From NCBI GenBank assembly GCA_026625185.1, contig CP113000.1, forward strand, positions 3,162,651-3,194,650: a stretch of DNA of 32,000 nt, written 5' to 3'. Shown here one piece after another: positions 1 through 9,926 of the stretch. How positions within the stretch are numbered: the first letter of the stretch is position 1; every line of letters begins with the position of its first letter. The DNA comes from Thermodesulfobacteriota bacterium. Its GTDB lineage: Bacteria; Desulfobacterota; WTBG01; JAGOGO01. A program made the translations under genes and the position numbers. The notes beneath the pieces were generated by a model. It searched no databases and had not been told where the DNA came from. It saw only the letters and a program-made list of their open reading frames with translations.

Positions 1-442
1 GGCTGTCGTTGAAATAAGCCGGAACCGTTATTACGGCATCATTCACTTTTTCTCCCAGGTAAGCCTCTGCCGAGTGTTTTAACTTTCCAAGTATCATCGC
101 GGAAATTTCAGGAGGGGAATACTGTTTCCCCATTGCCTCGACCCGGGCATCGCCATTAGAGGCGCGCACTACCTTGTAAGGAACCATCTTTATTTCTTCA
201 GTAACTTCATCGTGCCTTCGGCCCATGAAGCGCTTGATCGAATAGATTGTGTTTTCCGGGTTCGTTGTTGCTTGTCTTTTTGCCACCTGGCCGACCAGAA
301 TCTCGCCATCCTTGGTAAAAGCAACCACTGAGGGGGTCAAACGGCTGCCCTCTTCATTTACAATTACCTTTGGTTCTCCGCCTTCAATAACTGCCACTAC
401 CGAATTAGTTGTTCCTAAATCAATGCCGATAACCTTAGCCAT
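1..442 (-). CDS. dnaK: Molecular chaperone DnaK (Hsp70), N-terminal ~147 codons; the gene runs off the left edge
   Basis: Edge-truncated, so absent from the ORF track. My reverse-strand translation from the ATG (complement of 440..442) reads [76 protein letters not shown]... This is the Hsp70 ATPase N-terminus ([10 protein letters not shown]). The SD aaggagg lies 7 nt upstream. Confidence 0.93.
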   Translation of the reverse strand, partial: MAKVIGIDLGTTNSVVAVIEGGEPKVIVNEEGSRLTPSVVAFTKDGEILVGQVAKRQATTNPENTIYSIKRFMGRRHDEVTEEIKMVPYKVVRASNGDARVEAMGKQYSPPEISAMILGKLKHSAEAYLGEKVNDAVITVPAYFNDS

Positions 443-537
443 GTAAATACCTCCTTTTTCCATTTTTTCAATTTTATTTAGATTAGTTATCTTTTGCCTT
501 TTGAAAAATTTTTCTTTTGGAAGGTAATCATTTTTCG

Positions 538-1917
538 TTAAATGTCAACCAGTGAGGAGATGTTATTTTCTACTTCCCGACCGTAGGCAAAAGGTTCAAA
601 CTTAGTAAATGCATCCAAAAACGCTAATTTTTTAAATCCGATGGGACCATTACGCTGTTTTCCAATGATTATTTCCGCAATCCCTTTATCAGGACTGTTA
701 TCATCATAAACCTCATCCCGATAAATAAAAATGATAACATCCGCATCCTGCTCGATTGCCCCTGATTCCCTGAGATCAGCCAGCTGGGGCCGCTTGTTTT
801 GTCGGTCTTCAACCTTTCGATTCAACTGCGAAAGCGCTATAACCGGAATATTAAGTTCTTTTGCTAACCCTTTAAGTGAGCGAGATATAGAGGAAATCTC
901 CTGTTCCCGGCTTTCAGCGCCTCCTTTTTTTTCCATTAACTGGAGGTAGTCAACAATAATTAACCCTAATTTTTGATCCTTCTTAAGCCTCCTGGCTTTA
1001 GCTCTCATCTCAAGGACATTAATTCCGGCGCTATCATCAACAAAAATTGGGGCTTCTGAAAGTGTCCCTGCAGCCCGGGTAAGTTTAGGCCAATCACTCT
1101 CAGTTAAAAAACCGCCTCTCAGTTTATGGGCATTAATTTTTCCTTCTGAACACAGCATGCGGATGGCAATTTGTTCTTTAGACATTTCTAATGAAAATAT
1201 TGCCACCGGAATATTCTTTTCTACTGCCGCATTGCGGGCAATATTGAGGGCAAAACTCGTCTTTCCCATGCTCGGGCGACCGGCAATAATAATCAGATCT
1301 GAGTCTTGAAAACCTGAGGTTAACGCATCTAAATCATGAAACCCTGAAGGCACACCCGTTATAAGCTCATGTCTTTCATAGAGTTTTTCGATAGTCAAAA
1401 AACTGCTCTTCAGTATCTCGCGAAGAGGATAAAAAGAGGGTTTGATTTGATATTCACTTATGCGGAAAATGCTGTTTTCCGCAAAATCAAGGAGATTATC
1501 AATATCCTCGCCGTGTTCGTAGCCGCGGCTAACAATTTCGGTAGCCGCAGTAATTGTTTTTCTCAAAATAGATTTTTCTCGCACAATCTTGGCATAATGA
1601 AGCACGTTTGCTGAGGTAGGAATGTTATCAACCAGAGAAGAAAGATAAGACGCCCCCCCGATATCATCCAGTTGTTTTTTCTGAGTAAGGTTTTCGGTTA
1701 AGGTAATCAAGTCTGATGGTTCATTTTTATTGTAAAGTTCAATCATTCCGGTAAAGATTTTTCGGTGAGCTTCGCGGTAGAAATCATACCCATCAATGAT
1801 CTCGATAATCTGATGAAACGCTTCATTATCTAAAAGAATTGCCCCAAGGACAGCTTGTTCAGCTTCAATGCTTTGCGGAGGGATTTTATTGAATAAAGAA
1901 TCGTCGTGTGCCTTCAT
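538..1917 (-). CDS. dnaB: Replicative DNA helicase DnaB
   Basis: ORF 538..1956 (-). Has [17 protein letters not shown] at the N-terminus, Walker [11 protein letters not shown], Walker [11 protein letters not shown] and [11 protein letters not shown] near the C-terminus. Normal length, no intein. I prefer the ATG at 1917 (MKAHDD...) to the ORF-track start at 1956, but either is possible. Confidence 0.95.
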   Translation of the reverse strand: MKAHDDSLFNKIPPQSIEAEQAVLGAILLDNEAFHQIIEIIDGYDFYREAHRKIFTGMIELYNKNEPSDLITLTENLTQKKQLDDIGGASYLSSLVDNIPTSANVLHYAKIVREKSILRKTITAATEIVSRGYEHGEDIDNLLDFAENSIFRISEYQIKPSFYPLREILKSSFLTIEKLYERHELITGVPSGFHDLDALTSGFQDSDLIIIAGRPSMGKTSFALNIARNAAVEKNIPVAIFSLEMSKEQIAIRMLCSEGKINAHKLRGGFLTESDWPKLTRAAGTLSEAPIFVDDSAGINVLEMRAKARRLKKDQKLGLIIVDYLQLMEKKGGAESREQEISSISRSLKGLAKELNIPVIALSQLNRKVEDRQNKRPQLADLRESGAIEQDADVIIFIYRDEVYDDNSPDKGIAEIIIGKQRNGPIGFKKLAFLDAFTKFEPFAYGREVENNISSLVDI

Positions 1918-2076
1918 GTGACAAACCTTTTCTTTAAAAATAGTTTGAGCCCTCAACTATTAAGCCAGTTGAACCCAAAAAAGAATGTGGCTCAATCTCC
2001 TCCCCAGCAACTTTGCATAGGAAAAAGATTTTTAGTTTCAGTATGTGGTGGGGAAATGTTAATTATAAGAGGATCG

Positions 2077-2520
2077 TTAAGATTTTACCACCCAGACTTT
2101 TAAATTTGCCGTAACTTCTGGACGTAATTTTATTGGGACTTTATAAATTCCTAAACTTTTTATTGGTTCTTCCAATAAGATTTTTTTTCGGTCAATCTTA
2201 ATCCCTTCTTCCTTTAGGCTTTCCTCAATGTCCAGGGAGGTTACCGAACCAAAAAGCTTATCATCTTCACCGGTAGGTTTAGATATGGTGCAGGAGATTT
2301 TTTCTATTTTTTCAGCGAGTTTTTCTGCCTCTCGTTTAATTCGATTTTGTTTCTGTTTAAGAAGATTTTTTTGATGCGCAAAGGCTTTAATATTTTGGGA
2401 ATTAGCCGGAACGGCCAGTTTTTTGGGGATCAAATAATTTCTCGCATGCCCGTCTTTAATTTGAATTATATCCCCCATTTTACCTAAATTAGAGACATCC
2501 TCGGTTAGAATTACTTTCAC
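2077..2520 (-). CDS. rplI: 50S ribosomal protein L9
   Basis: 147 aa. MKVILTEDVSNLGKMGDIIQIKDGHARNYLIPKKLA is the L9 N-terminal domain signature. It follows rpsR as in the conserved operon. Confidence 0.96.
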   Translation of the reverse strand: MKVILTEDVSNLGKMGDIIQIKDGHARNYLIPKKLAVPANSQNIKAFAHQKNLLKQKQNRIKREAEKLAEKIEKISCTISKPTGEDDKLFGSVTSLDIEESLKEEGIKIDRKKILLEEPIKSLGIYKVPIKLRPEVTANLKVWVVKS

Positions 2521-2575
2521 TTATCCGTGCTTCCTCTCAAACTGATAGAGTAAAATTAGAAAATTTAGATCTTTT

Positions 2576-2866
2576 TCATGATATCGGGGTACAGTAAGGA
2601 ATCAGGGCAACATTACGGCTCAGTTTAATCGCGCGAGTAATTTCCCTTTGGTGCTTGGCGCAATTACCTGAGATCCGTCGAGGAATTATTTTTCCTCTTT
2701 CGGTAACAAAGTATTGCAAGACTGCTGAGTCCTTGTAATTAATAGTTAAACTTTTATCAACGCAAAAACGGCAGACTTTTCTGCGTTGATACGTTGTTGT
2801 TTTATAATCACTACCCTCTCTCGCGCTTTTCCTTAATGGTGGCCTTCTCATAAGCATTCTTTTCAC
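2576..2866 (-). CDS. rpsR: 30S ribosomal protein S18
   Basis: 96 aa. CRFC...INYKD...[42 protein letters not shown] matches S18. The start could be one of the downstream Met codons. Confidence 0.95.
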   Translation of the reverse strand: MKRMLMRRPPLRKSAREGSDYKTTTYQRRKVCRFCVDKSLTINYKDSAVLQYFVTERGKIIPRRISGNCAKHQREITRAIKLSRNVALIPYCTPIS

Positions 2867-2895
2867 TTAAAGGTTATAAATCAAACTATTGTATC

Positions 2896-3291
2896 TTATT
2901 GAGCGTCTCCTGAGGGTGCAGCAGTTGCGATCACCTCAACACTCGCAGACACTTCTAAATTTTCTTGAGTTTCTTTTTCTCGCAGAGATTCAATATCCAG
3001 CTTTTTGTCGATTTTTACGGTTTGATAACGAAGTATTCTTTCATTAAATCTCAAAAGCTTTTCTATTTCCTTAAGAACGTCCTGATTTCCCAAAAAATAA
3101 ACAATGAAAAAAAATCCTTTCGATAATCCTTTTATTTTATAAACTAATTTTCTTTTTCCCCATTTGTCGACTTTAAGAGGTTCTCCCTTGGTGCGGGAAA
3201 TAACATTTTTAAATTTATTAATAAGCTCCTGGAGTTCTTCATCGGAAATATCAGGGTGAGCAATAACCAATGTTTCATATCCAGCAATCAT
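2896..3291 (-). CDS. rpsF: 30S ribosomal protein S6
   Basis: 131 aa. YETLVIAHPDISDEEL...KVDKWGKRKLVYKIKG is the S6 fold signature. It lies directly upstream of rpsR, with no ssb/priB between them. Confidence 0.95.
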   Translation of the reverse strand: MIAGYETLVIAHPDISDEELQELINKFKNVISRTKGEPLKVDKWGKRKLVYKIKGLSKGFFFIVYFLGNQDVLKEIEKLLRFNERILRYQTVKIDKKLDIESLREKETQENLEVSASVEVIATAAPSGDAQ

Positions 3292-3303
3292 ACGGTTTCC
3301 TTT

Positions 3304-3615
3304 CTATACGATAATTTGATTTATTTTTACACTGGTATAACTCTGGCGGTGGCCCTGTTTTTTCTGGTACCCTTTTCTTCGTTTTGCCTTAAAGATAACT
3401 ACCTTTTTACTTTTCCCTTGACTAATAATGCTACAAGCCACCTTCGCGTTCGGAACCAGAGGTTGTCCAATTGTCGTTTCAGGCGCATCTCCAATTAACA
3501 AAATTTCTTCTAATTCAACCAACTCGCCTTCTTCGCCAACCAATTTTTCAATTTTTATTATATCCCCTTCTTTTACTTTATATTGCTTTCCTCCGGTTCT
3601 AACCACTGCAAACAT
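3304..3615 (-). CDS. rplU: 50S ribosomal protein L21
   Basis: MFAVVRTGGKQYKVKEGDIIKIEKL... is the L21 signature. The ORF-track start at 3621 is a TTG. The ATG at 3615 has the SD aggaaagg 9 nt upstream, so I use it. Confidence 0.94.
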   Translation of the reverse strand: MFAVVRTGGKQYKVKEGDIIKIEKLVGEEGELVELEEILLIGDAPETTIGQPLVPNAKVACSIISQGKSKKVVIFKAKRRKGYQKKQGHRQSYTSVKINQIIV

Positions 3616-3671
3616 TTTCAAAAACCTTTCCTTTAAAAATTGATTAAGATAAATTTGTAAATTTAAAGGTT

Positions 3672-3695
3672 AATTTCCTTGTTGTCAAGGAAATT
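3672..3695. promoter_or_regulatory. Perfect 9-bp inverted repeat (aatttcctt / aaggaaatt, 6-nt loop) between rng and rplU
   Basis: Read directly from the sequence. It has no clean U-tract on either strand, so it may be a processing or attenuation hairpin in the rplU leader rather than a terminator. Confidence 0.3.
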
Positions 3696-3717
3696 AAATT
3701 CCATAATAAATTTTTTA

Positions 3718-5241
3718 TCAGTTTATTTCAAACTGTTCAATATGAAGATTTTCTTTCACTTTTATGATTATTTTTTTATTGATATGGTTTTCCAGATCTT
3801 CCAGATAGTTCCTTTCCTCTTCATAAATTAAATCAGCAACTTCCGGATGGAGAGCGACAAAAATTTTATTACCTGGAATTTTTGAGGCTTCCTTTTTAAT
3901 ACTCCGAAAAATTTCATGGCAGATCGTTTCTTTTGATTTTAAAAAACCCTTCCCATCGCAGTAAAAACACGGCTCGGATAAATACCCGATGAGGTCTTCA
4001 CTGGTTCGTTTTCGGGTCATTTCCACAAGCCCCAGTTCCGAAATCCTTAAGATATTCGTCCTGCTTTTATCTTTGCTCAAGACTTCTTTGAGAGTCTTAA
4101 ACACCTTTTCACGACTTTCCTCCTTTTTCATGTCAATAAAATCAATAATAATAATCCCTCCAATATCCCTAAGCCTGAGCTGGTAGGCGATCTCTTTTAC
4201 TGCTTCCAGATTGGTTCTGAGAATAGTGTCTTCAGGGTTACCTTTGCCTACGTACCGGCCAGTGTTAACATCAATCGTTGTGACTGCTTCAGTCCTTTCG
4301 ATTACAATGTATCCGCCGGATTTCAGCCACACCCGCTCCCCAAATGCACGGTTTATTTCAATCTCAATTCCGTAATAATCAAAAATTGGGTCATCTCTTT
4401 CGTAGAGGGTTACCAAATGAGAGAGTTGGGGCATAAACATTTCCGTAAATTTCAAAATATTATTGTATTCCTCTTTTGAGTCTACAACGATGCTATCAAT
4501 GTCTTTGGAGGAAAGATCTCTAATCTCTTTTAGCGTAAGGTTTAAATCGCGATGAATAAGACTGGGTGTAGGAGAATTAGCTTGTTTCTTTTGAATATTC
4601 TCCCAGAGTTTAACGAGATAATCACTATCTAATTTTATATCATCTTCACCCATATCTTCGCTGGCAGTTCTGACGATAAAACCCATCTCTTGAGGCTTAG
4701 TTTTTTGGACAATTTCTTTCAAGCGCTTTCGCTCTTTTTCATTTTCGATCCTCCGGGAAATTCCCACATGATTGACGTTGGGCAAAAACACCAGGTAACG
4801 CCCGGGTAAAGATATGTGGGAAGTAATCCGCGGACCTTTGGACCCAATCCGCCCTTTGGAAACCTGGACTAAAAGTTCCTGTCCCTCAATAAGAAGATCG
4901 TTAATTTGAAAAACCTGTTTGGCGGGTGATGACCGTTCTTCTTCAAGCTGGCCATAGCTACTCTCTTCCTCATCGTCATTTTGTCGAAGCATTTCCGTTT
5001 CAATGTCTTTAAAATCATAAAAAACATCATCTACATAGAGAAAAGCGGATTTATTTAGACCAATATCAACAAATGCTACCTGCATCCCCGGAAGGATCCG
5101 AACCACTTTGCCTTTATAAATATTGCCTGCGATACCGCGGTCTTTTTCTCTTTCAATATAGATCTCAACCAAAATCCCATTTTCCAAAAGAGCGACTCGG
5201 GTTTCCAGGGGGGTAACATTGATAACTAATTCTGAACCCAT
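3718..5241 (-). CDS. rng: Ribonuclease G / RNase E-G family endoribonuclease
   Basis: 507 aa. N-terminal S1 domain (GNIYKGKVVRILPGMQVAFVDIGLNKSAFLY). Catalytic core motifs WLKSGGYIVIERTEAVTTIDVNTG and GGIIIIDFIDM. RNase G size, with no RNase E scaffold tail. Confidence 0.92.
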   Translation of the reverse strand: MGSELVINVTPLETRVALLENGILVEIYIEREKDRGIAGNIYKGKVVRILPGMQVAFVDIGLNKSAFLYVDDVFYDFKDIETEMLRQNDDEEESSYGQLEEERSSPAKQVFQINDLLIEGQELLVQVSKGRIGSKGPRITSHISLPGRYLVFLPNVNHVGISRRIENEKERKRLKEIVQKTKPQEMGFIVRTASEDMGEDDIKLDSDYLVKLWENIQKKQANSPTPSLIHRDLNLTLKEIRDLSSKDIDSIVVDSKEEYNNILKFTEMFMPQLSHLVTLYERDDPIFDYYGIEIEINRAFGERVWLKSGGYIVIERTEAVTTIDVNTGRYVGKGNPEDTILRTNLEAVKEIAYQLRLRDIGGIIIIDFIDMKKEESREKVFKTLKEVLSKDKSRTNILRISELGLVEMTRKRTSEDLIGYLSEPCFYCDGKGFLKSKETICHEIFRSIKKEASKIPGNKIFVALHPEVADLIYEEERNYLEDLENHINKKIIIKVKENLHIEQFEIN

Positions 5242-7781
5242 TATTCTCTCAGTTTCATCCTGATCTTACAGATCGATAAGAATTTCAAATCTTCCTCTGG
5301 GATGCCCAAAATAATTCCCATAATTTCGCGCGGTTTTAGACCTTGGGATTGACGCACCAAAAGAGTTAAGACAATGGTTTTTGCGTCCGAAAAAATTATT
5401 TCTTTTACTGCGTCCCGAATATCAATGGATCGCGCTTCTCCTTTGTGTTGCTTGGACAATATAAAGTTCGTTTTACTTAAAAATTCAGAAAAAACTCTTT
5501 TTATCTCCTCAAAGGAATACTTAGTCACAATGGCAGAACTATCGATTGAAATAGCGTAAGAAATTTCTATTAAAGTATCAGAGATGGCAGGAGTTTGCAA
5601 GGGTATTTCTTTTCCGGTAAGAATAATGATCCCCGGAGGAAGTTTCTGATTTAAACGCGCTATTACTGTCTCAACCGAAATATCACCTGTAAGCTCAATA
5701 TCCACCAATTCATCCAGGCTTTCCAACCCTACCGCAAGCGCCGGGCCAAAACTGATCCGGGGTTGAGGGTGAAATCCTTGGGAATACCGTAAAGGTAAGG
5801 CTGCTCTCCGGGCAGCTCGGGCAAAAGTTTTTGCCATTTCCAGGTGGCTTAAGAAACGGGACTCATTAGTCTTGCTAAATTGAAGCCTTACTTTTTTTAC
5901 TTTCTCCTCCATTTTTTGCTCGAGATCAGAAACCATGGTTTTATGCTTCTTATCATTATAAGATGGGACTCGGGGAAACCAGGATTGAAAATCGCAGACT
6001 CCGCATTGATTACACACTCCCCACCGGCAATCGGACGTTTCCTTTCCCATTTTTGCATTCGCCAACTCCTCCCATAGGAAATCCTTGGTTACTCCGGTCT
6101 CAATATGATCCCAAGGGAAAAGATCAGTTTTATCGTTTGGACTTAAATAAAAACCCATGGTGAGCCCCTTTGTCTGGAACGCCTTTACCCAAACCGGGAA
6201 ATTGAATATTTCTGTCCAGCCATCAAACCGGGCGCCATTCTGAAAAGCTTCCTCAATCACCGGCGCTAATCTTCGATCGCCTCGCGCGATCACCCCTTCG
6301 AGAATGCTCATTTCCGGATCTTGCCATTTAAACGTGATTCTGCTTTTTCTCAAACGGCTCAGAAGATAGCTCTGACGGAACCTTATCTCTTCTGCACCAA
6401 TCATGGAGAGCCACTGAAAAGGGGTGTGCGGTTTAGGAATAAAGGTAGAGACGCTGATTGTCACCTCCGGTCTTTTGATCGCGTCTTTACCGTGAAAAAA
6501 GATTTTTTTCGCCAATTCAACAATCCCTTCAAGGTCTTCTTGAGTTTCCGTGGGAAGGCCAAGCATAAAATAAAGCTTAATGCTCCTCCACCCAGCCGAA
6601 AAAACCTGTTGGCACGTCTCAAGGATTTCCGTTTCGGTAAGGTTCTTGTTTATTATCCGTCGAAGTCGTTCGGTACCCACCTCAGGAGCAATAGTGAAAC
6701 CGGTTTTTCTCCCTCTTTCAAGTGCATTGAGCCACTGGGAGTTGATCGTTTCCGCTCGCAAAGAAGGAAATGAAATGCTGATATTCTGCCGAGAATATTT
6801 CTCTATCAAATCTTCCAGGAGAACTGCTATACCGGTATAATCTCCCGAACTCAGGGAAAGCATTGACAACTCCTCCCAACCGGTAGATTTCAAGGCTTCC
6901 TCAGCAATTTTTTCCACCACGGAACAAGACCGCTCCCTTACCGGCCGGTAAATCATGCCAGCCTGGCAAAATCGACACCCCCGCGTGCATCCACGGGCAA
7001 CCTCAAGGTTAAGGCGGTCATGAACAATCTGCATAAACGGCACAATAAAAGCGGTGGGATAATAAATTCGATCGAGGTCAGGGATGATTCTTTTTTTGAC
7101 TTTATCATAACCCGGTTTTAGCGGTTTACATTCCTTGATGAGGCCATTCGGGTGGTACCTAACCGCAAACGCGGAGGGCACATACACACCGGAAATAGCG
7201 GTTAAAGTATCAAGCAGGCAGGCACGGACCTCTTTTTTCTTTTTCCATTCGTTAAAAACATTCACAATCTCTAAGATAACCTCCTCCCCTTCCCCGATCA
7301 CCAGAGCATCGAAAAATTCCGCCATGGGCTCTGGGTTAAAAGTACAGGGCCCACCGGCAATAATAATCGGACATCTATCGTTTCGGTCCTTCGACCTTAA
7401 GGGGATTTTACCCAAATCCAACATGGAGAGCACATTGGTATAGGAGAGTTCATACTGAAGAGAAAATCCAATAATATCAAAAAAACTTAACGGTCGCCGC
7501 GACTCTAACGAGAATAGAGGTAAATCACGTTCTCGGAGCGCCTTCTCCACATCAATCCAAGGGGCAAAGACTCTTTCTGCTCCCACATCTTCCTGAGCAT
7601 TCAAGATATGGTATAATATCTGAAACCCTAAGTGAGACATTCCGATTTCATATACATCCGGAAATGCCAAAAGGAATTTTACTGCCATCCGGTCTAAGTC
7701 TTTGTGGATTGAATTGACCTCATTTCCTAAGTAACGACTATGGCGGCTTATCTGAAAAAAAATACTTTCGAGAGGTATCAT
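5241..7781 (-). CDS. Uncharacterised radical SAM protein (TIGR03960-like) fused to a radical-SAM-linked DUF2344 (TIGR03936-like) C-terminal domain
   Basis: 846 aa. CxxxCxxC cluster motif ARGCTRGCRFCQAG. The N-terminal B12-binding-like region and the ~230-aa C-terminal extension match my memory of this family pair. The stop overlaps the rng ATG by 1 nt (TAATG). Confidence 0.8.
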   Translation of the reverse strand: MIPLESIFFQISRHSRYLGNEVNSIHKDLDRMAVKFLLAFPDVYEIGMSHLGFQILYHILNAQEDVGAERVFAPWIDVEKALRERDLPLFSLESRRPLSFFDIIGFSLQYELSYTNVLSMLDLGKIPLRSKDRNDRCPIIIAGGPCTFNPEPMAEFFDALVIGEGEEVILEIVNVFNEWKKKKEVRACLLDTLTAISGVYVPSAFAVRYHPNGLIKECKPLKPGYDKVKKRIIPDLDRIYYPTAFIVPFMQIVHDRLNLEVARGCTRGCRFCQAGMIYRPVRERSCSVVEKIAEEALKSTGWEELSMLSLSSGDYTGIAVLLEDLIEKYSRQNISISFPSLRAETINSQWLNALERGRKTGFTIAPEVGTERLRRIINKNLTETEILETCQQVFSAGWRSIKLYFMLGLPTETQEDLEGIVELAKKIFFHGKDAIKRPEVTISVSTFIPKPHTPFQWLSMIGAEEIRFRQSYLLSRLRKSRITFKWQDPEMSILEGVIARGDRRLAPVIEEAFQNGARFDGWTEIFNFPVWVKAFQTKGLTMGFYLSPNDKTDLFPWDHIETGVTKDFLWEELANAKMGKETSDCRWGVCNQCGVCDFQSWFPRVPSYNDKKHKTMVSDLEQKMEEKVKKVRLQFSKTNESRFLSHLEMAKTFARAARRAALPLRYSQGFHPQPRISFGPALAVGLESLDELVDIELTGDISVETVIARLNQKLPPGIIILTGKEIPLQTPAISDTLIEISYAISIDSSAIVTKYSFEEIKRVFSEFLSKTNFILSKQHKGEARSIDIRDAVKEIIFSDAKTIVLTLLVRQSQGLKPREIMGIILGIPEEDLKFLSICKIRMKLRE

Positions 7782-8518
7782 GCTTTGATTGGCATCAGGT
7801 TAGAGAGGAATTCTTCATTGAGGTGACTCCGCACCAGCTTTATAACGGTCTCGCGGCAAGAAAAACGGGGTTGAATCTCAACCTGATAAGGCAATACTCC
7901 CCACACCGGAATATCAACCAGGCGGGCAATTACTTCAGGGTTAGTTTTCGACGCTTCGTTTTTTTCCGGAGAAAGGTTGTTGAAAACAATTCCAGCCACC
8001 GGAACCTTCTCCGCACGAGCTGCCCGAAGGGTAAGCAAAGTGTGATTGATGGTGCCGAGGGTCGCCCGGCTTACAATCAATACCGGTAATTTAATTCGTT
8101 TGACAAGGTCTATAAATAAAAACTTTTGGTAAAGCGGGGTCAAAAGACCTCCGGCCCCTTCAACCAACATGAAATCGTGGTGACGGGAAAGGTGCACAAA
8201 TTTTTTTACCAATTGGCTGCTATCAATCGTGATTCCTTCGCGTTCTGCAGCCACTGAGGGAGCCAACGGCTCTTGAAACCGATAGGGAACGATTTCTTCT
8301 AACGGGGCATCCACCCCGGACATGTCTTTGAGAAACTGGGCATCCGCGGGAAGAAAACTCCCATCATCGTGTAAACATCCGGTCTCGACCGGCTTCATCA
8401 CGCCCACGTTTATCCCCTGTTTTCGTAATAAACCCGCCAAGCCTCCGGTAACAATGGATTTGCCCACCCCTGAATCAGTACCAGTAACAAAGAGCCCGCG
8501 GGCTTGATACCCTTTCAT
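7778..8518 (-). CDS. bioD: ATP-dependent dethiobiotin synthetase
   Basis: 246 aa. P-loop FVTGTDSGVGKS, MKPVETGC and LVEGAGGLLTPL are BioD signatures. It has 4-nt overlaps with both neighbours. Confidence 0.9.
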   Translation of the reverse strand: MKGYQARGLFVTGTDSGVGKSIVTGGLAGLLRKQGINVGVMKPVETGCLHDDGSFLPADAQFLKDMSGVDAPLEEIVPYRFQEPLAPSVAAEREGITIDSSQLVKKFVHLSRHHDFMLVEGAGGLLTPLYQKFLFIDLVKRIKLPVLIVSRATLGTINHTLLTLRAARAEKVPVAGIVFNNLSPEKNEASKTNPEVIARLVDIPVWGVLPYQVEIQPRFSCRETVIKLVRSHLNEEFLSNLMPIKA

Positions 8519-9207
8519 TTTCTTCCTCCGAAAATTGCGGTACCAATTCTTAAGATCGTTGCTCCTTCGTCAATTGCCACCTCAAAATCAGAGGACATCC
8601 CCATGGAAAGATGAGATAAGGGAAGTGAATCGGAATAAAAAGGAAAAAGTTTATCGCGGAGTTCTCTCAGGGTCGTAAAAAATGGCCGCGCTTTCTCTGG
8701 ATCCGAAAAATAGGGGGGCATGATCATAAGACCTTTCACGTTTATTCCCCTTAACGAGGAAACTGCTTCAAACAGTTGAGGAAGCTCTTCCGGCTTTACC
8801 CCTCCTGCTTTTGCATTTTCTCGGCCGATATTTACCTGGATCAATACTTCCATAATTTTATCCCGTTCGATTGCTCGTTCGGAAATTTCCTCGGCTAAAC
8901 GGACGCTATCCACCGAATGGATCATGGAAAATAGAGGCACAACATGCTTAACCTTATTGGTCTGAAGGTGACCGATCATGTGCCAGCTAACTTCCTCACC
9001 AATGTGCCGTATCTTTCCCATCGCTTCCTGCACATAGTTTTCCCCGAAAACAGTTACCCCCGCTTCCCTGGCCTCTTTGATCCGATTACTATCCACCGTT
9101 TTTGTCACTGCCACCAGAGTAATCTCATCCGGTTTACGCCCTGTTTTTAACGCCCGGTTATAGATGCGTTCGCGAAGTCGTGTAATATTCTCGGCAATAG
9201 TCTCCAT
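8515..9207 (-). CDS. yggS: YggS-family pyridoxal-phosphate homeostasis protein
   Basis: TLVAVTKT (PLP lysine), FGENYVQEA and GHLQTNKVK motifs. I place the start at METIAEN (9207). It has the SD aagga and lies 8 nt after the maf stop. The ORF-track start at 9237 is the alternative. Confidence 0.9.
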   Translation of the reverse strand: METIAENITRLRERIYNRALKTGRKPDEITLVAVTKTVDSNRIKEAREAGVTVFGENYVQEAMGKIRHIGEEVSWHMIGHLQTNKVKHVVPLFSMIHSVDSVRLAEEISERAIERDKIMEVLIQVNIGRENAKAGGVKPEELPQLFEAVSSLRGINVKGLMIMPPYFSDPEKARPFFTTLRELRDKLFPFYSDSLPLSHLSMGMSSDFEVAIDEGATILRIGTAIFGGRK

Positions 9208-9214
9208 GTATTCC

Positions 9215-9808
9215 TTACTCGAGAAAACGGATCGCACCCAGACGCTTGAGCGCTCCCACTACTTCACACACCGGCAAACCGATAACATTGGTATGAGAGC
9301 CAAAAACCTTTTCAATCATAAACATTCCGATACCCTGGACTGCATACGCGCCGGCTTTGTCAAAAGGTTCTCCGGTTTTGATATAGCCTTCGATCTCGTT
9401 ATCCGTTAACTTTTTTATTGCAACCCTGCTCTCCACGACTGTGCCTGCTGATCGGTTAAGTTCCGGATGATAGATGAAACAACCAGTTATTACCGTGTGT
9501 TCCCGGCCGCTCAATTTTCTGAGCATAGAATCGGCCTCTGCTTCCGTTCGAGGCTTACCAAGGACTTCCCCGTCAATAAACACAATGGTATCCGCCCCTA
9601 AAATCCATCGGTCCTTAAACGTTCTTCCCACCTCTCTGGCCTTAGCCTGGGAAAGCCGGACAACATGTTCTCGGGGTGTTTCTCCGTCAATCTCTTCTTC
9701 GTCAATGTGTGAAGGAATCACCTCAAATGCTATTCCTAACATTGCAAGAAGTTCTCTTCTTCGAGGGGAAGAGGAAGCCAAAATAAGTGAACCCGTGTTC
9801 GCACTCAA
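9215..9808 (-). CDS. maf: Maf-like nucleoside triphosphate pyrophosphatase
   Basis: 197 aa. LILASSSPRRRELL, GADTIV and KAGAYAVQG are Maf family signatures. Confidence 0.92.
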   Translation of the reverse strand: MSANTGSLILASSSPRRRELLAMLGIAFEVIPSHIDEEEIDGETPREHVVRLSQAKAREVGRTFKDRWILGADTIVFIDGEVLGKPRTEAEADSMLRKLSGREHTVITGCFIYHPELNRSAGTVVESRVAIKKLTDNEIEGYIKTGEPFDKAGAYAVQGIGMFMIEKVFGSHTNVIGLPVCEVVGALKRLGAIRFLE

Positions 9809-9926
9809 AGAAAACTCAACTTGTTAGAATTTAATATTGCCGATTCGCATGGTTTGTACCATAAAGTACATCTGCGTGCTTCAACCATTTCATACTCAAA
9901 AAATAAATTTGATGAAGCCGTCAAAT

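Noticed and set aside
8296-8320. A 12-nt exact match to the repeat-family terminus (reverse complement ccccgttagaag), followed by acggggcat as in the element's hairpin, inside bioD
   Set aside because: It lies within well-conserved BioD coding sequence (…GVDAPLEEIVPYRF…). It has no partner inverted repeat and no further similarity on either side. It is most likely chance, or at most a distant echo.
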